Of a stretch of DNA of 64,000 nucleotides, positions 63,534 through 64,000 are shown one piece after another. The DNA is from Paludibacteraceae bacterium. GTDB lineage: Bacteria; Bacteroidota; Bacteroidia; Bacteroidales; Paludibacteraceae. The DNA lies in contig JAZQOG010000036.1 of the NCBI GenBank assembly GCA_045627765.1, positions 1,045-65,044 on the forward strand, in the 5' to 3' direction. The stretch's first letter is position 1; every line of letters begins with the position of its first letter. Both the position numbers and the translations under genes were made by a program. The notes under the pieces are model-generated. The model was not told where the DNA came from. It was given only the letters and a program-made list of their open reading frames with translations, and did no database searches.

Positions 63534-64000
63534 CGAGTATATTCGTTCACTAATTGATCAATCGTTTGTTTCACTTGTGGGTTATCTAAGTCTTGCCATT
63601 GAGCAGGAAGGACGGGAATGCGTATCTCTTCTCCCATGGGAATAGCATTAGGATTGACATAGCGGTCTTTGTTGGCTTCATAGATGAAGACCCAAAGGTC
63701 TGTTTGTCCATAATATTTGCGAGCCAAATAGGCGAGACGACTACCGGGTTGTATCGTTTCCGTCGCCATAAACTCCGTATATACCCGCTCCGCAGGAATA
63801 CCTTCAACAATGGTTGGTTCGGAAGTCTCCTCTACGGCAGGTTCGATGTTTTCGTCTATGATGGGGTCTATGTTTTCTTCTGTGGCAGGTTGGGCGTTTT
63901 CTTCTATGGTCGATTGGGGTGTTGTCACGTTTTCTACGCGGTTCATTTGGTTTTCAATCCAGTTACGGATACCACTTTTAGCAAGGAAGAAACAGCCCAC
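63530..64000 (-). CDS. hypothetical protein with a C-terminal LysM-like domain, C-terminal 156 codons (5' end outside the window)
   Basis: An acidic repeat region (ENIDPIIDENIEPAVEETSEP), then IQPGSRLAYLARKYYG...IPMGEEIRIPVL. ATGA overlap with uvrA. Confidence 0.5.
   Translation of the reverse strand: MGCFFLAKSGIRNWIENQMNRVENVTTPQSTIEENAQPATEENIDPIIDENIEPAVEETSEPTIVEGIPAERVYTEFMATETIQPGSRLAYLARKYYGQTDLWVFIYEANKDRYVNPNAIPMGEEIRIPVLPAQWQDLDNPQVKQTIDQLVNEYTR

Overview
This 64-kb chromosomal segment reads as Bacteroidota, order Bacteroidales (Prevotella-like). Most operons have -33 TTTG / -7 TAnnTTTG promoters, many proteins carry lipoprotein or surface-protein signals, and frdCAB is present. 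I count about 55 protein genes and 3 tRNAs. Most of the window is housekeeping: glycogen/starch genes (a GH13 lipoprotein fragment, glgB, a cytoplasmic GH13, a short glycogen synthase with DUF4270), nagB, cysS, proS, metG, ackA-pta, smpB/rnr, pdxB-panC, gcvH, folP-cdaA, frdCAB, mutS2, uvrA, an ABC-F ATPase and a small glycosyltransferase/CapD polysaccharide block. One accessory zone (about 19.5-30.2 kb) holds two gene remnants, a COG1373-type ATPase, a 1745-aa repeat-rich surface protein preceded by a very AT-rich cassette of four tiny genes, a 0.8-kb non-coding block of paired hairpin modules, a PIN toxin and two small secreted or membrane peptides. The most unusual signal concerns genome architecture rather than any one gene. 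Several families of 7-9-bp-period microsatellites and a 66-bp mini-element sit on stop codons and fill intergenic gaps. The same elements are also inserted in frame in conserved genes (mutS2 three times, rnr, glgB, the ABC-F gene, a 403-aa ORF), and coding and non-coding copies share the same sequence words. All calls come from reading the sequence and the ORF track by eye. No searches or computations were run, so family names are recognitions from motifs, not database hits.
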